Below the pieces are notes generated by a model. That model ran no database searches. It saw only the letters and a program-made list of their open reading frames with translations, and was not told the origin of the DNA. From Hyphomicrobiales bacterium (GTDB lineage: Bacteria > Pseudomonadota > Alphaproteobacteria > Rhizobiales > Aestuariivirgaceae): a stretch of 36,103 nucleotides of DNA. Position 1 is the first letter of the stretch, and each line of letters opens with the position of its first letter. The stretch spans positions 1-36,103 of the forward strand of contig JAAURV010000001.1 in the NCBI GenBank assembly GCA_012032065.1. Direction: 5' to 3'. Positions 1 through 9,723 of this stretch are shown here, one piece after another. The translations under genes and the position numbers were made by a program.

Positions 1-44
1 GGACCCCTGGTTTTCCATGGGTCCCCGCTTTCGCGGGGAAGACG
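1..44. repeat. Palindromic intergenic REP-like element (CGTC-tagged type), truncated by the window start
   Basis: Hairpin tccccgc-tttc-gcgggga at 22-39 followed by agacg (CGTC on the minus strand). ggaccc (1-6) pairs with gggtcc (19-24), as expected for the inner ends of an inverted REP doublet. Confidence 0.65.
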
Positions 45-164
45 ACGTGAAGGAGAGCGTGCCGGAGTTGGCGGTTTGGGTTCGCAGCCCTTGATGGGCT
101 CCGCTGCTATTTGACTCTTTTCCGTTAACCGGTTGTTTGCTCTAGCCCCAACACCGGCCCGGCG

Positions 165-197
165 TTAGCCACTTTTTAAGCCGCCAAACCGTATTGT
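165..197 (+). promoter_or_regulatory. CtrA-like box (TTAG-N7-TTAA) with a putative -10 element for flagellin 1
   Basis: ttag-ccacttt-ttaa at 165-179 (7/8 match to TTAA-N7-TTAA), tattgt at 192-197, and an extra TTAACC half-site at 125-130. Same layout as the promoter before flagellin 2. Confidence 0.6.
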
Positions 198-318
198 CGG
201 CTCATGAACAGCGCGCCCTCCCGGGCGATTGCATGAAGCTCCCTGTTCGTGCCGGCTCAGCCCGGAATGTGCCACTTCTCATCAAAGTCATCACATCAAA
301 CCGGAAATGGAGCTCATC

Positions 319-1227
319 ATGGCTAGCATTATCACGAATACGTCTGCCCAGATTGCACTGCGTTCGCTCAGCATGACCAACGCGGCATTGGAAAAGACCC
401 AGCAGCGCATCTCGACCGGCCTCCGCGTCGGAACGGCCGAGGACAACGCGGCATACTGGTCGATCGCGACAACCATGCGTTCGGACCGCTCGGCCCTCAA
501 CACCGTCAAGGACGCGTTGGGCCTCGGCGCCGCGACAGTCGACGTTGCCTACACCGGCATGAACTCGGCGATCGACGTGGTCAAGGAAATCAAGAACAAG
601 CTCGTGGCTGCCCGTCAGCCGGGCGTCGACCGCGCCAAGGTTCAGACCGAAATCTCCGAGCTGCAGAACCAGCTCGTCAACATCGGCGACTCCTCGGTGT
701 TCTCCAACGAGAACTGGCTGTCGGTCGACTCGAGCGCTGCATCGTTCAACGCGACCAAGACCATCGTTGCCTCGTTCGCCCGCTCCGGCGGAGCGGTGAG
801 CGTCGGCACGATCAGCATCGACATCACCAACGTGAAGCTGTTCGACGCCTCGGGCGCCGCGACTGGCATTCTCGACGAGCTGAACGGCACCTACTCGGTC
901 TCGACGCTCAGCATTGCGGCTCTGACGGACTCGGCCGCCGATCTCACGACTCTCGAAGGCATGATCACCTGGACGGACGACGCCATCTCGAGCATGACGA
1001 CGTCCGCGGCGACGCTTGGTTCCGCCAAGCAGCGCGTCAATCTTCAGAAGGACTTCGTCGGTTCTCTGATGGACGCCATCGATCGCGGCATCAGCACGCT
1101 GGTCGATGCCGACATGACCGAAGAGTCGACCAAGCTGCAGGCCTTGCAGGTTCAGCAGCAGCTCGGCACCCAGGCGCTCAGCATCGCCAACCAGAGCAGC
1201 CAGTCGATCCTGTCGCTGTTCCGTTAA
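319..1227 (+). CDS. fliC: Flagellin (302 aa), probably the major subunit
   Basis: N-terminus MASIITNTSAQIAL...QQRISTGLRVGTAEDNAAYWSIAT and C-terminus LVDADMTEESTKLQALQVQQQL...ILSLFR are rhizobial flagellin signatures. RBS ggag at 309-312 before ATG 319. Strong codon bias. Confidence 0.98.
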   Translation: MASIITNTSAQIALRSLSMTNAALEKTQQRISTGLRVGTAEDNAAYWSIATTMRSDRSALNTVKDALGLGAATVDVAYTGMNSAIDVVKEIKNKLVAARQPGVDRAKVQTEISELQNQLVNIGDSSVFSNENWLSVDSSAASFNATKTIVASFARSGGAVSVGTISIDITNVKLFDASGAATGILDELNGTYSVSTLSIAALTDSAADLTTLEGMITWTDDAISSMTTSAATLGSAKQRVNLQKDFVGSLMDAIDRGISTLVDADMTEESTKLQALQVQQQLGTQALSIANQSSQSILSLFR

Positions 1228-1236
1228 TCGCATAAA

Positions 1237-1265
1237 GGGCTCCGGAGGTTTGGCCTCCGGAGCCC
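1237..1265. terminator. GC-rich stem-loop after flagellin 1 (terminator or mRNA-stabilising hairpin)
   Basis: Perfect 12-bp stem gggctccggagg/cctccggagccc with a 5-nt loop, 10 bp after the stop codon. No clear U-tract on the + strand. Confidence 0.65.
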
Positions 1266-1278
1266 GCCCAAAGTCTGG

Positions 1279-1310
1279 TTAACCGCGCATTAAGCGGTAA
1301 CGGCTACTGT
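1279..1310 (+). promoter_or_regulatory. Perfect CtrA box (TTAA-N7-TTAA) with a putative -10 element for flagellin 2
   Basis: ttaa-ccgcgca-ttaa at 1279-1293, then gctactgt at 1303-1310. Confidence 0.75.
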
Positions 1311-1421
1311 CAACCTTATGGCGGAGGCAGCCCATCGTGCTGCTCGACATGAGGTCGTTCCGCTATTCCGGTGTCAGTCCGGCATGTCCCCGAAGCACAT
1401 TCTCTCAAGGGACAGATATTC

Positions 1422-2348
1422 ATGACGAGTATCAATACGAACCGGAGCGCCATGACCGCGCTTCAGAGCCTGAACACAACGAACACCAAGCTCGAAATGA
1501 CTCAGCAGCGAATCTCGACGGGTTTGCGCGTGGGAAGCGCCGTCGACAATGCCGCCTACTGGTCCATCGCCACCACGATGCGGTCCGACAACTCGGCTTT
1601 GTCGACGGTCAAGGACGCGCTGGGCCTCGGCGTCGCGATGATCGACATCGCCTACACCGGCATGAACGGCTCGATCGAGACGGTGAAGGGGATCAAGGAC
1701 AAACTCGTGGCGGCGCGCCAGCCTGGCGTCGACCGCGCCAAGATCCAGGCGGAAATCACGCAATTGCAGGCTCAGCTCCGCTCGACCGCCTTGAGTTCGG
1801 TGTTTTCGGGCGAGAACTGGCTGGCCACCGACTCGTCCACTCCGGGTTATAATCCGGTGAGATCGATCGTGTCCTCATTCTCGCGCGACGCTTCGGGCAT
1901 CACGATTCAGACAATCGACTTCGACATCGCCAACAGCAAACTCTACGACGATGCGGACCAATCGGGCATTCTCGATGTCACGGATACGCTCACCAACGGC
2001 GGAACGGCGTACTCGGTCGCCACTCTCAGTATATCCACGCTGACGACATCGCCCGCGGATATCGCCGACCTCGAACAGATGATCGGCTGGGTGGATACGG
2101 CTCTCGAAAACATGACGACGTCGGCCGCGGATCTCGGCGCGATCAAGAAGCGCGTCGATTCGCAGACCAGCTTCGTGAACTCGCTCATGGATGCCATCAC
2201 CCGCGGCATCGGAACGCTGGTCGACGCCGACATGACCGAAGAGTCGACTAAGCTCCAGGCGCTGCAGGTCCAGCAGCAGCTTGGCGTGCAGTCGCTCAGC
2301 ATCGCAAATCAAAGCAGCCAGACGATCCTATCGCTATTCAGAAACTGA
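1422..2348 (+). CDS. fliC: Flagellin (308 aa), second paralog
   Basis: MTSINTNRSAMTALQSL...AAYWSIATTMRSD...LVDADMTEESTKLQALQVQQQL. RBS aaggga at 1407-1412. Confidence 0.98.
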   Translation: MTSINTNRSAMTALQSLNTTNTKLEMTQQRISTGLRVGSAVDNAAYWSIATTMRSDNSALSTVKDALGLGVAMIDIAYTGMNGSIETVKGIKDKLVAARQPGVDRAKIQAEITQLQAQLRSTALSSVFSGENWLATDSSTPGYNPVRSIVSSFSRDASGITIQTIDFDIANSKLYDDADQSGILDVTDTLTNGGTAYSVATLSISTLTTSPADIADLEQMIGWVDTALENMTTSAADLGAIKKRVDSQTSFVNSLMDAITRGIGTLVDADMTEESTKLQALQVQQQLGVQSLSIANQSSQTILSLFRN

Positions 2349-2364
2349 CGTGAGTAACGCGTCC

Positions 2365-2391
2365 GGGTCCGCGCTGTTCCGGCGCGGATTC
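2365..2391. terminator. Stem-loop after flagellin 2
   Basis: gggtccgcgctg-ttc-cggcgcggattc forms a 12-bp stem with G-U pairs. No U-tract. Confidence 0.45.
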
Positions 2392-2417
2392 GCAGATTGA
2401 ACGATGGCGGCTTTCGA

Positions 2418-4020
2418 ATGCAGTATGTAAGTCTTCTGGTGAACGCATTGGCGCAGCTCGGCGCCAGGCGGTTGATTGTTCTGGGACTCGTCGGCGCCTT
2501 CGTGTTTGGGCTGTTGACCACGGGAACCTACTATCTGAACCGGCCGGTGCGCGAACCGCTCTACACCGGTCTCGACGCGGAAGACATCAACCGCATTGGG
2601 CGGGTTCTTTCCGAAGTTGGAATTCCATACGACGTGAGCGTCGGCGGAGACGCCGTGCTCGTCGACTATGGAAATGCCGCGCAAGCGAGAATGATCCTGG
2701 CGGAGAAGGGCCTGCCGAAGAGCGACAAAGCCGGCTACGAGCTGTTCGACCAGATGGGCTCTCTTGGCCTCACGTCCTTCATGCAGCAAGTGACGAAGGT
2801 CAGGGCACTCGAAGGCGAACTGGCAAGGACGATTGAACTTTTGGAAGGCATCCGCTCCGCGCGCGTTCATCTTGGCCAGAAAGGCGAAGGCGCGTTCCGG
2901 TCCAAGGCGGATCAGCCGACGGCATCGGTGGTGATCAAGACCGATGGAAACGCCAAGGAGAGTCTCGCTTCGTCGGTGCGTCAGATCGTGGCGTCGGCAA
3001 TCCCGGGTTTGAAGAGCGAACAAGTGACAGTGATGACCACGGACGGGCAGACGCTCGTCTCCGGCGGCGAAACCGGCATGGCGGAGCCCGATCGCAAGCT
3101 GCAGCTTGAACAGCGCGTTGCCGAAGAAACCAGGCAATCGGCGGAGCGGGCCATCTCGGCGATGGTCGGGCTCACCAATCTCAGGGTCAGCGTAACCGCG
3201 CAGCTGAATGCCGACAAACGCCAGACGACCGAAACGAATTTCGATCCCGAATCGAAGATCGAGCGCTCGCTGAAGACGGTGAAGGAAAGCCAGGAAAACC
3301 AGAATTCCACCGGATCGGAAACGACATCGGTGGCGCAGAACATTCCGCAGGAACCTACAGCGCCCTCCGGCGGCGACTCGTCGCGCGAGAAAAAGGACCG
3401 AAAGGAGGAAACCGCGAACTACGAACTCAACAGCAAGCAGGTCGCGGTAGAGTCTGTCGGCTACACCATTGAAAGACTGTCTCTTTCGATACTCCTGAAC
3501 AAGCAGACGTTGTTAAAATCGCAAGGCGCCGCGCCCGACGAGGCAAAACTCGTCAACCAGGTGCAGGAAATCGAGTCGCTGGTCAGGTCGGCGGTAGGGT
3601 TCAACGAAAAGCGCGGCGACTCGATCAAGGTTGTCGCCGCCGACTTCATCGCGGAGGACGCTGGCCCCCGCTTCCGAAGGCACGTCGCGGTTCACCGAAA
3701 TCCTCATGGGCAACCTCGGCACGCTCATCAATGCGGTGAGTTTGCTGATCGCCTTCGTGCTCGTTCTGGTTCTTGGGCTCCGCCCCGCTCTGAAAGCCAT
3801 CCTCGAGTCCAAATCTGAAGCGCCATTGGCATTGCCAGCCGGCCAGACTCCGGAAGGCGCGGCAGGCGTGCGATCGTTGCCCAATGGCTCATTCGAGCCA
3901 GCCATGATTGGCGGCAGCGCCGCGCGCGATAAACTGAACAAGGTCGTTGAGATCGATGTCGACAGAGCGGCGCATGTTCTGAAGCAGTGGCTGGAGAAGC
4001 CCAAAGCCGAGCCGACATGA
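2418..4020 (+). CDS. fliF: Flagellar M-ring protein FliF (apparent frameshift near 3660)
   Basis: GYELFDQMGSLGLTSFMQQVTKVRALEGELARTI, ARVHL and SAVGFNEKRGDSIKV motifs. The second TM helix and C-terminal RAAHVLKQWL lie in the 3631..4020 frame. Confidence 0.95.
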
Positions 4021-4565
4021 TGCTGTTCTCCGACTGGGCGCGGCAGCAACAAGGCAACGGAGCAGGCCCGGCAGGCGCCGCCGCGCCCGCAACAGCCGGC
4101 GCGATGATTGCGGAACTCGTGGCCAGGCTGGAGCAGAGCCTGGAGCACGGCGAGGAGTGCCGAAATCTACTGCAGATCGCGGAATTGCGGCGGCAGTGGA
4201 AAAGCCAGTTCGAGAGCACCAAGGTAAAATCCCTGAACAACAAAATTCAGGAGATGGAAGCGAGGCTTACATCGTCCGTCGAAGCAGCCCTTACTCCATT
4301 GCTGGAGGATGCGGTGGTGAAGCGGGGAATTGAAGACTTTTGCGCAGTCCTTCAGCGGCATCTCCAGGCCGAGGCCGCGCAGCAACTCGTCATCAAGTCG
4401 CCCGCCGGATTGCGCCCGTTACTGGACAACGAGCTAGGCGCTCTGGGCATCGTGGCAAGCGTCGAAGAGCATGCGTCCGATGAAGTGAGCACTTCGATAG
4501 GCGACACGGAGATCGAAACCGACATTGGCGCATGGGTAAACCGGCTCCGGAAAGTGGCGGCCTGA
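4017..4565 (+). CDS. Hypothetical flagellar protein upstream of motB, possibly a divergent FliH
   Basis: ATGA overlap with fliF and TGATG overlap with motB. Helical middle region and C-terminal LVIKSP...[17 protein letters not shown], reminiscent of the FliH C-domain. Confidence 0.7.
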   Translation: MMLFSDWARQQQGNGAGPAGAAAPATAGAMIAELVARLEQSLEHGEECRNLLQIAELRRQWKSQFESTKVKSLNNKIQEMEARLTSSVEAALTPLLEDAVVKRGIEDFCAVLQRHLQAEAAQQLVIKSPAGLRPLLDNELGALGIVASVEEHASDEVSTSIGDTEIETDIGAWVNRLRKVAA

Positions 4566-5787
4566 TGAGCGGTGAGCAAGAAGCCCCGCGCGAAATCATC
4601 ATCATCCGGCGCGGAGGCGGAGATGACCATGGCGGCCACCATGGCGGAACCTGGAAGATCGCATACGCGGATTTCGTCACGGCCATGATGGCGTTCTTTC
4701 TGGTGATGTGGCTGATCAATTCGGCGAACGAAGCCACGAAAGCCCGCGTTGCGAGCTACTTCAATCCCATCAAAATGAACGATGCGACGCCCTCGGGCCG
4801 CGGGCTAAGCACCGATGCCGCCGCCAAGAGTTCGTCGAAAGACCAGAAAAAAGACGCGCCGGCGTTGGCGATGTGAGCGCCAAGCAGGAGAAAAACAACG
4901 CGGGCCAAGGAAAGCTGGAGCGCGAAGAAGCAATGATGGCGGACCCATACAAAGCTCTGGACAAGCTTTCGGACGACGGACCCGGCGCTCCATCTGGAAG
5001 ATCTGTCGAGATCGTCACCAAGAAGTCCGGAGATCCATTCGATCCGATGGTGTGGGAAGCCTTGAAAAGGGGGGCAGAGGGCAAGACGCAGCCAGAAAGC
5101 ATCGCCGGCGCTCGGGATGAAGCGGAAACGGGGCAAGAAACCGGCGCAAGCAGCGCGAATGATGCCAGCAAGGATAAGCAAGGCGAGAGCGGCAAGGTTG
5201 AAGCTGAAACGGCCGAGAAGAAAGAAGGGCAGGAGAAGCCGGGCGCGGAATCGAAGCAAATGAGCGCCTTGGAGCCTGCGGCTGACAACCAGAAGACCCT
5301 GTCGCCGGAGCAGTCGAAAGAATACCTCAAGGTCGCCAAGGAAATGAAGGCGAGTCTCGATCTGCTGCAGTCCTCCGATTCGCGCCTCGTTGGCCTGAAC
5401 TTCGACGTGAAAGTGACAAGCGAAGGCATTCTCGTGGCGCTGAGCGACAGCGATGCGGTCAGCATGTTTCGCATCGGCTCGGCCGAACCAAACCCCGCGC
5501 TCGTCGCATTCATTGGCAAGATCGGTCAACTTCTCGAGCAACAGAAAAGCAAAGTCATCGTTCGCGGCTATACTGATGGGCGGCGGTTTCTCAGCAATAA
5601 GTTCGATAACTGGCAACTGTCCACGGCGCGCGCGCATATGGCGAGTTACATGCTGATGCGCGGCGGCCTGGCGGAGAAACGCCTGCGGAAAATCGAAGGT
5701 TTTGGCGAAACCCAGCTCCTGAACCCGGACGATCCATTGTCGGGCGCAAACAGGCGCGTTGAAATGGTCCTGGTTCCGGCATCATGA
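4565..5787 (+). CDS. motB: Flagellar stator protein MotB (apparent -1 frameshift near 4845-4860)
   Basis: [27 protein letters not shown] plug/TM motif, and an OmpA-like domain (RGYTD...NWQLSTARA...NRRVEM) in the next frame. Confidence 0.95.
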
Positions 5788-7294
5788 AGTTCAAGCGCCC
5801 CGGCAAAAAAACGGCCTTTCTTGTGGCTGCGCTGGCGGCGGCAGGTGGCGGCGGAGTTGCGGCGGCGAAGTATTTTGGCGTCGATCAACAGCAGCTATTG
5901 GCGTGGTTCCCGCTCGAGACTGCCAAGCAGTACATGGGAATGTTGGGCCTCGGGGAAGAGACCGACGACGCCATGAGGCCGTCGGTCATGGAAGGCGAAG
6001 AACCAGCCATGGCTTCGCACGCGGCGGAAACCGCGTCTTCGCACGATGCCGGCCACGGCGATGACAAGCCGACGGAGTCCGATCATTCCGCCGATGCCGC
6101 GAAGGCTGATGACCACGCACATTCGCCGGACAAAACCGGAGACGAGGACGATGCGCATTCCAAAGCCGCCGAACCGGAAATCCCCTATGTAGCGCCTGCT
6201 ACCCTGCAAAGCCCGTTGGTGCGCCAGGTCCGGTTGCTTCAATCGGTGCAGGAACGGCTCGCCCGGGGCGATCAGGAAGCGGTGAAGGAGCAGCGGGAGC
6301 TTCTGGTGCAACTTGGCGGGAACGTCTCGAAGCTTCAGGTCGGGCAAGCAAGTTTAGAGGAGATCTATGCCGCGGTCACATACCTGCTGTCGGGCGCAGG
6401 CCGGACACCGTCGAGCGCTTCCTGCAACGAAAGGATCTGCCGCATGCCACGCACACACTGCTCGCCGGGGCGATCGCCTATGTGAAGGGAGAGGCGGCTT
6501 CGGCATCGGATCAGCTTCGTGGCCTCGACCCACTCAAATTTGGATCGAGCATCGCGGGCCATCTCGCCATGGTCCAAGCAAGCGCCGTCGAAGACCTGGC
6601 GCCTTCGCGCCGCCGCGAGCTCCTGGAGCTGACCGCCAACACGATGCTCGGAACACTGCTGGAAGAAGCGGCCCTCAGAAGACTGATGGAACTCGCGGCC
6701 GGCGATAAAGACATCAACACATTTCTGCGTTCGGCCAGCCGCTACAACCGCCGTTTCTCCAAATCACTCTACAACGCCGAATACAGAAGCGCTCTGCTTC
6801 AAGGAATCATGAAGCTGGAGGCGGGAAAGCGTGGTTTGAATCCGGCGCAGTTGGATTCGCTGATCTTCGAGAAGTCCGCGGAACGCCGGAACGACATTCT
6901 TGCCAGCCTCGCCGAATCGAGCCTTCGCGCGGGTTTAAGCGGTCTATGCCGGTACGCCGCGGGCCGGCAGCGGCGACTATCGAACGAGGGATCGGCACCA
7001 TGGACCCGCGCTTCTCTCTATTATTCGTCTTGTTCGGTAACGGAAGATGGCGTCATCGCGGTTGCGAGTTTGAAGTCGCTGAACGCGGAACTTCTCGATC
7101 AAGAAGACAAGGAGCTTCTCGGTTCGGCGCTCCTGTTAGCCGAGCATGCGGCGCTGGCCAGCAAACCCGCCGCCATCACATCCTCGCAGTTGTCCGCGAC
7201 GCAAGCGCTGACGGACGATCAAGCCGCCTTTCGGGACAAACTTCGCGATGATCTGGCGTCCGTCAGCAAAGTCATGGAAGGGTCGAAGGAATGA
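5784..7294 (+). CDS. motC: Periplasmic motility protein MotC (apparent -1 frameshift at about 6396)
   Basis: Position after motB. VRQVRLLQSVQERLARGD, YLLSG[G], LLGTLLEEAALRR-like (MLGTLLEEAALRR) and YNRRFSKSLY match rhizobial MotC. N-terminal hydrophobic signal/anchor. Confidence 0.85.
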
Positions 7295-9723
7295 CAAGGA
7301 ATGCGGTCGAGGCGCCGCCCACTGCAAACCGCGTTGTTCGAACGCAAAGGCACTCGCTGGAAGCGCGCGGGAGCGAAGCTGCAAAATTCGCCAAGACGAT
7401 GGCTAATGTTCAATCGTTGAATGGTTCCGTTCGCGGCGGGGCCGAGGACCGATTTCAAGACCTGGAAGCTCGCGTGGGCAAGCCAGCGAACGATGCTTCG
7501 CCGCATGACACCAGCGGCCTCGATCTGCGGTTCGCGCCGCAGCTTGGCCCATTCGCACAGGATGCAGATGCCTTGCCCGATTCCCCGCTTGCTTCGAGCT
7601 TACATAAGCCCGGAGTTGAAGATCGCGCGCGGATGGAGCCGGTGGAACACGATTTCGCCGGCGGCGACCGTCTCTATCTTTCAGTGCCGCGATCCAGCGT
7701 CATGGTTGCAGAGGTACCGGAGTTCGAAGAGCTTTTCGATTCGCGTGCGTCCGAAAAGCAGGCCGTGAAGCACCTGGCGGAGAACGCTTCTCTTCGGTCC
7801 CGCAATTTCGAGATCGAAGATTCAGAACAAGGCGCACTTGTTTCTGATCCATTGGGTGACCTCGCCAATTCCGACGGAACGCCGCGGCGCATAGTCCTGT
7901 TGCCGCCTGTTTCCGAGCAAATTCCGAAACCCAATGTTGCTTCGACGATCGCGGGTGAACTGCCTCGCCATCGGCCTGACACTGGCGGCAAGGTGCCCGC
8001 GCTGCACCCGAACGCGCAATCCGCATCCAGGCCTCAAGCAGAAGACAGGTTTGATCGCATGTCCGTTCGCGTCGAATTCAGCGGAGAGCCAACTCTGGTG
8101 GTAAAGGAGAGCGAGGAAGATGTTGAGTTCACCGGGATGTCTCAGTGGGACGCCGCCAGTAAGCAGCTTCGGCACGAAGCCGCGCCTGGATTGGTTTCGA
8201 CAACTGAGCCCGGTCATGAAGCGGCGCCCGAAAGCGCCGCCGGCCGGGCGGTCAACGAAGACATGGCTCCAACCGAATGGCCTGTTTCAATGCGCTCGGG
8301 AAACTCCGTGCTCACCGCCAACGTTACTTCGACGGTTGCCGGCCGGCTCGTTACCGCTCCAACCGCGGATGATGGAGCCTCGCCGCCGGGCCGCTTGAAG
8401 ATGGAGATGATCTCATCGGCAAGCCAACCGTACGCTAACGAAAGCGCCGATCTGGTTCCAGCTCGCGTGGACTTCGGTGCCATCCCATTCGTCCAGGCGG
8501 AAATGCGCGGAAGCATGCCGGCCTCGAATGTGCAGCTTGGAGATCGCGCTGTAAGCGCATTGGCTACGAGTGATCCGGCGCCGCGCACTGGCTCTGCGGC
8601 CGAGCGGCCTCACGAGATTGCGGCAGAGAGGGTCGCACAAACTCCGGGAATGCCGATGACGACAGATAATCGAGACTTCTCGCCACCTGCATTCGACGCT
8701 CCCGATAGTAAGCCTGCGTCGACGGGGGCAATGGGAACGCACGGCTCTCGCGGATCAACCGATGAGAAAAGCACCGCGGATGCCCCGGCCCCGATCTTGA
8801 CCGGTCCAGAACGCCTGCCGCCGGCCGCTGGTTCGCCGTCGCCTCGATCCGATTGGCCAACTCGCATTCCGATTGTCTTTGGCGTCAGTGTCCCTTCCAG
8901 ACAATCGACAGCGCCGGAAGCATCGCATGTGGTTCATGCCAATGTTTCTGTCGAACCGGAGCAACACGGGTTGCGCGCCGTGAACGCGGAGCGCGCCGAA
9001 AGCGTTGGATCAAGGCGTGACGGGAACGAAAAAAGCTTCCCACTGGCAAGCCGAGAATCTTCGGCCACCGGCAGCAAGGGCAATGCTACGCATGAGGATG
9101 TGCCGCATGATCCTCCAGAGGCCAACGCTTCGGCCATTCCTTCACCCGCGCGGTTCTCGCCGCTTGCTTCGTATGACAGCGCTCAATCGGCCGGCCAAGC
9201 GGCCGGAGGGCATGCGAATGGCGCGCCGTCAAATTCTCTCGGACAAGTATTGCAAACGCTTCAGCTGGAGCTTTCCGCGCTGAAAAAAACCGATAGCTCA
9301 CCGCTTAAACAGTTGAAGATCCGCCTACACCCGGAATCGCTTGGTGAAGTGGACGTCACGCTCAAGAAGAACGGGCGCGGCATCGAGGTTCAGTTGGAGG
9401 CGACGCTGGGCTCGACAGCCTCGGCGTTGCAGGTAGCGAAAGATGAACTCGCATCGGCGCTTGCGGAATTGGGTTTTGATCGCGGCAGCCTTTCGATTGA
9501 AGTGCGAGCAAGTGGGCAGGCCGAGAGCCAGCACGAAACTCTGTCTGGCAGAGATTGGCAGCAGGCCAGGCCGGACATTGATCCACGGAACCTTGCCGAG
9601 CAGCAGAGCGACCGCCGCCGCGAAAGGAAGCTAGATGAGGGCCTTTATGAAGAAGCCGAACGAGGCAGTCCTGCAAATCCTGATGGCCTTGCTTCTCGGA
9701 GCAGGCGCGGCATCTACGTTTAA
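7291..9723 (+). CDS. fliK: Flagellar hook-length control protein FliK (810 aa)
   Basis: C-terminal T3S4/Flg_hook motif LKQLKIRLHPESLGEVDVTLKKNGRGIEVQLEA, a long Pro/Ala/Ser-rich N-terminal region, synteny after motC and ATGA coupling. Confidence 0.88.
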   Translation: MTRNAVEAPPTANRVVRTQRHSLEARGSEAAKFAKTMANVQSLNGSVRGGAEDRFQDLEARVGKPANDASPHDTSGLDLRFAPQLGPFAQDADALPDSPLASSLHKPGVEDRARMEPVEHDFAGGDRLYLSVPRSSVMVAEVPEFEELFDSRASEKQAVKHLAENASLRSRNFEIEDSEQGALVSDPLGDLANSDGTPRRIVLLPPVSEQIPKPNVASTIAGELPRHRPDTGGKVPALHPNAQSASRPQAEDRFDRMSVRVEFSGEPTLVVKESEEDVEFTGMSQWDAASKQLRHEAAPGLVSTTEPGHEAAPESAAGRAVNEDMAPTEWPVSMRSGNSVLTANVTSTVAGRLVTAPTADDGASPPGRLKMEMISSASQPYANESADLVPARVDFGAIPFVQAEMRGSMPASNVQLGDRAVSALATSDPAPRTGSAAERPHEIAAERVAQTPGMPMTTDNRDFSPPAFDAPDSKPASTGAMGTHGSRGSTDEKSTADAPAPILTGPERLPPAAGSPSPRSDWPTRIPIVFGVSVPSRQSTAPEASHVVHANVSVEPEQHGLRAVNAERAESVGSRRDGNEKSFPLASRESSATGSKGNATHEDVPHDPPEANASAIPSPARFSPLASYDSAQSAGQAAGGHANGAPSNSLGQVLQTLQLELSALKKTDSSPLKQLKIRLHPESLGEVDVTLKKNGRGIEVQLEATLGSTASALQVAKDELASALAELGFDRGSLSIEVRASGQAESQHETLSGRDWQQARPDIDPRNLAEQQSDRRRERKLDEGLYEEAERGSPANPDGLASRSRRGIYV

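Noticed and set aside
229-318. Upstream start extensions in the ORF track (also 1371, 22029, 29456, 33210 and 33390)
   Set aside because: Downstream ATGs have better RBS or stop-start coupling and match family N-termini, and several extensions overlap promoter motifs.
202-1233. 343-aa minus-strand ORF, and similar long antisense ORFs at 15649-16641, 23192-24604, 28317-29450, 30663-31985 and 34422-35588
   Set aside because: They mirror well-supported genes codon for codon. Such shadow ORFs are expected in high-GC, codon-biased DNA and show no recognisable motifs.
319-2348. Near-identical DNA blocks between the two flagellins as a repeat or recombination cassette
   Set aside because: Explained by ordinary paralog conservation of the terminal domains. 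No invertase or recombination sites were seen.
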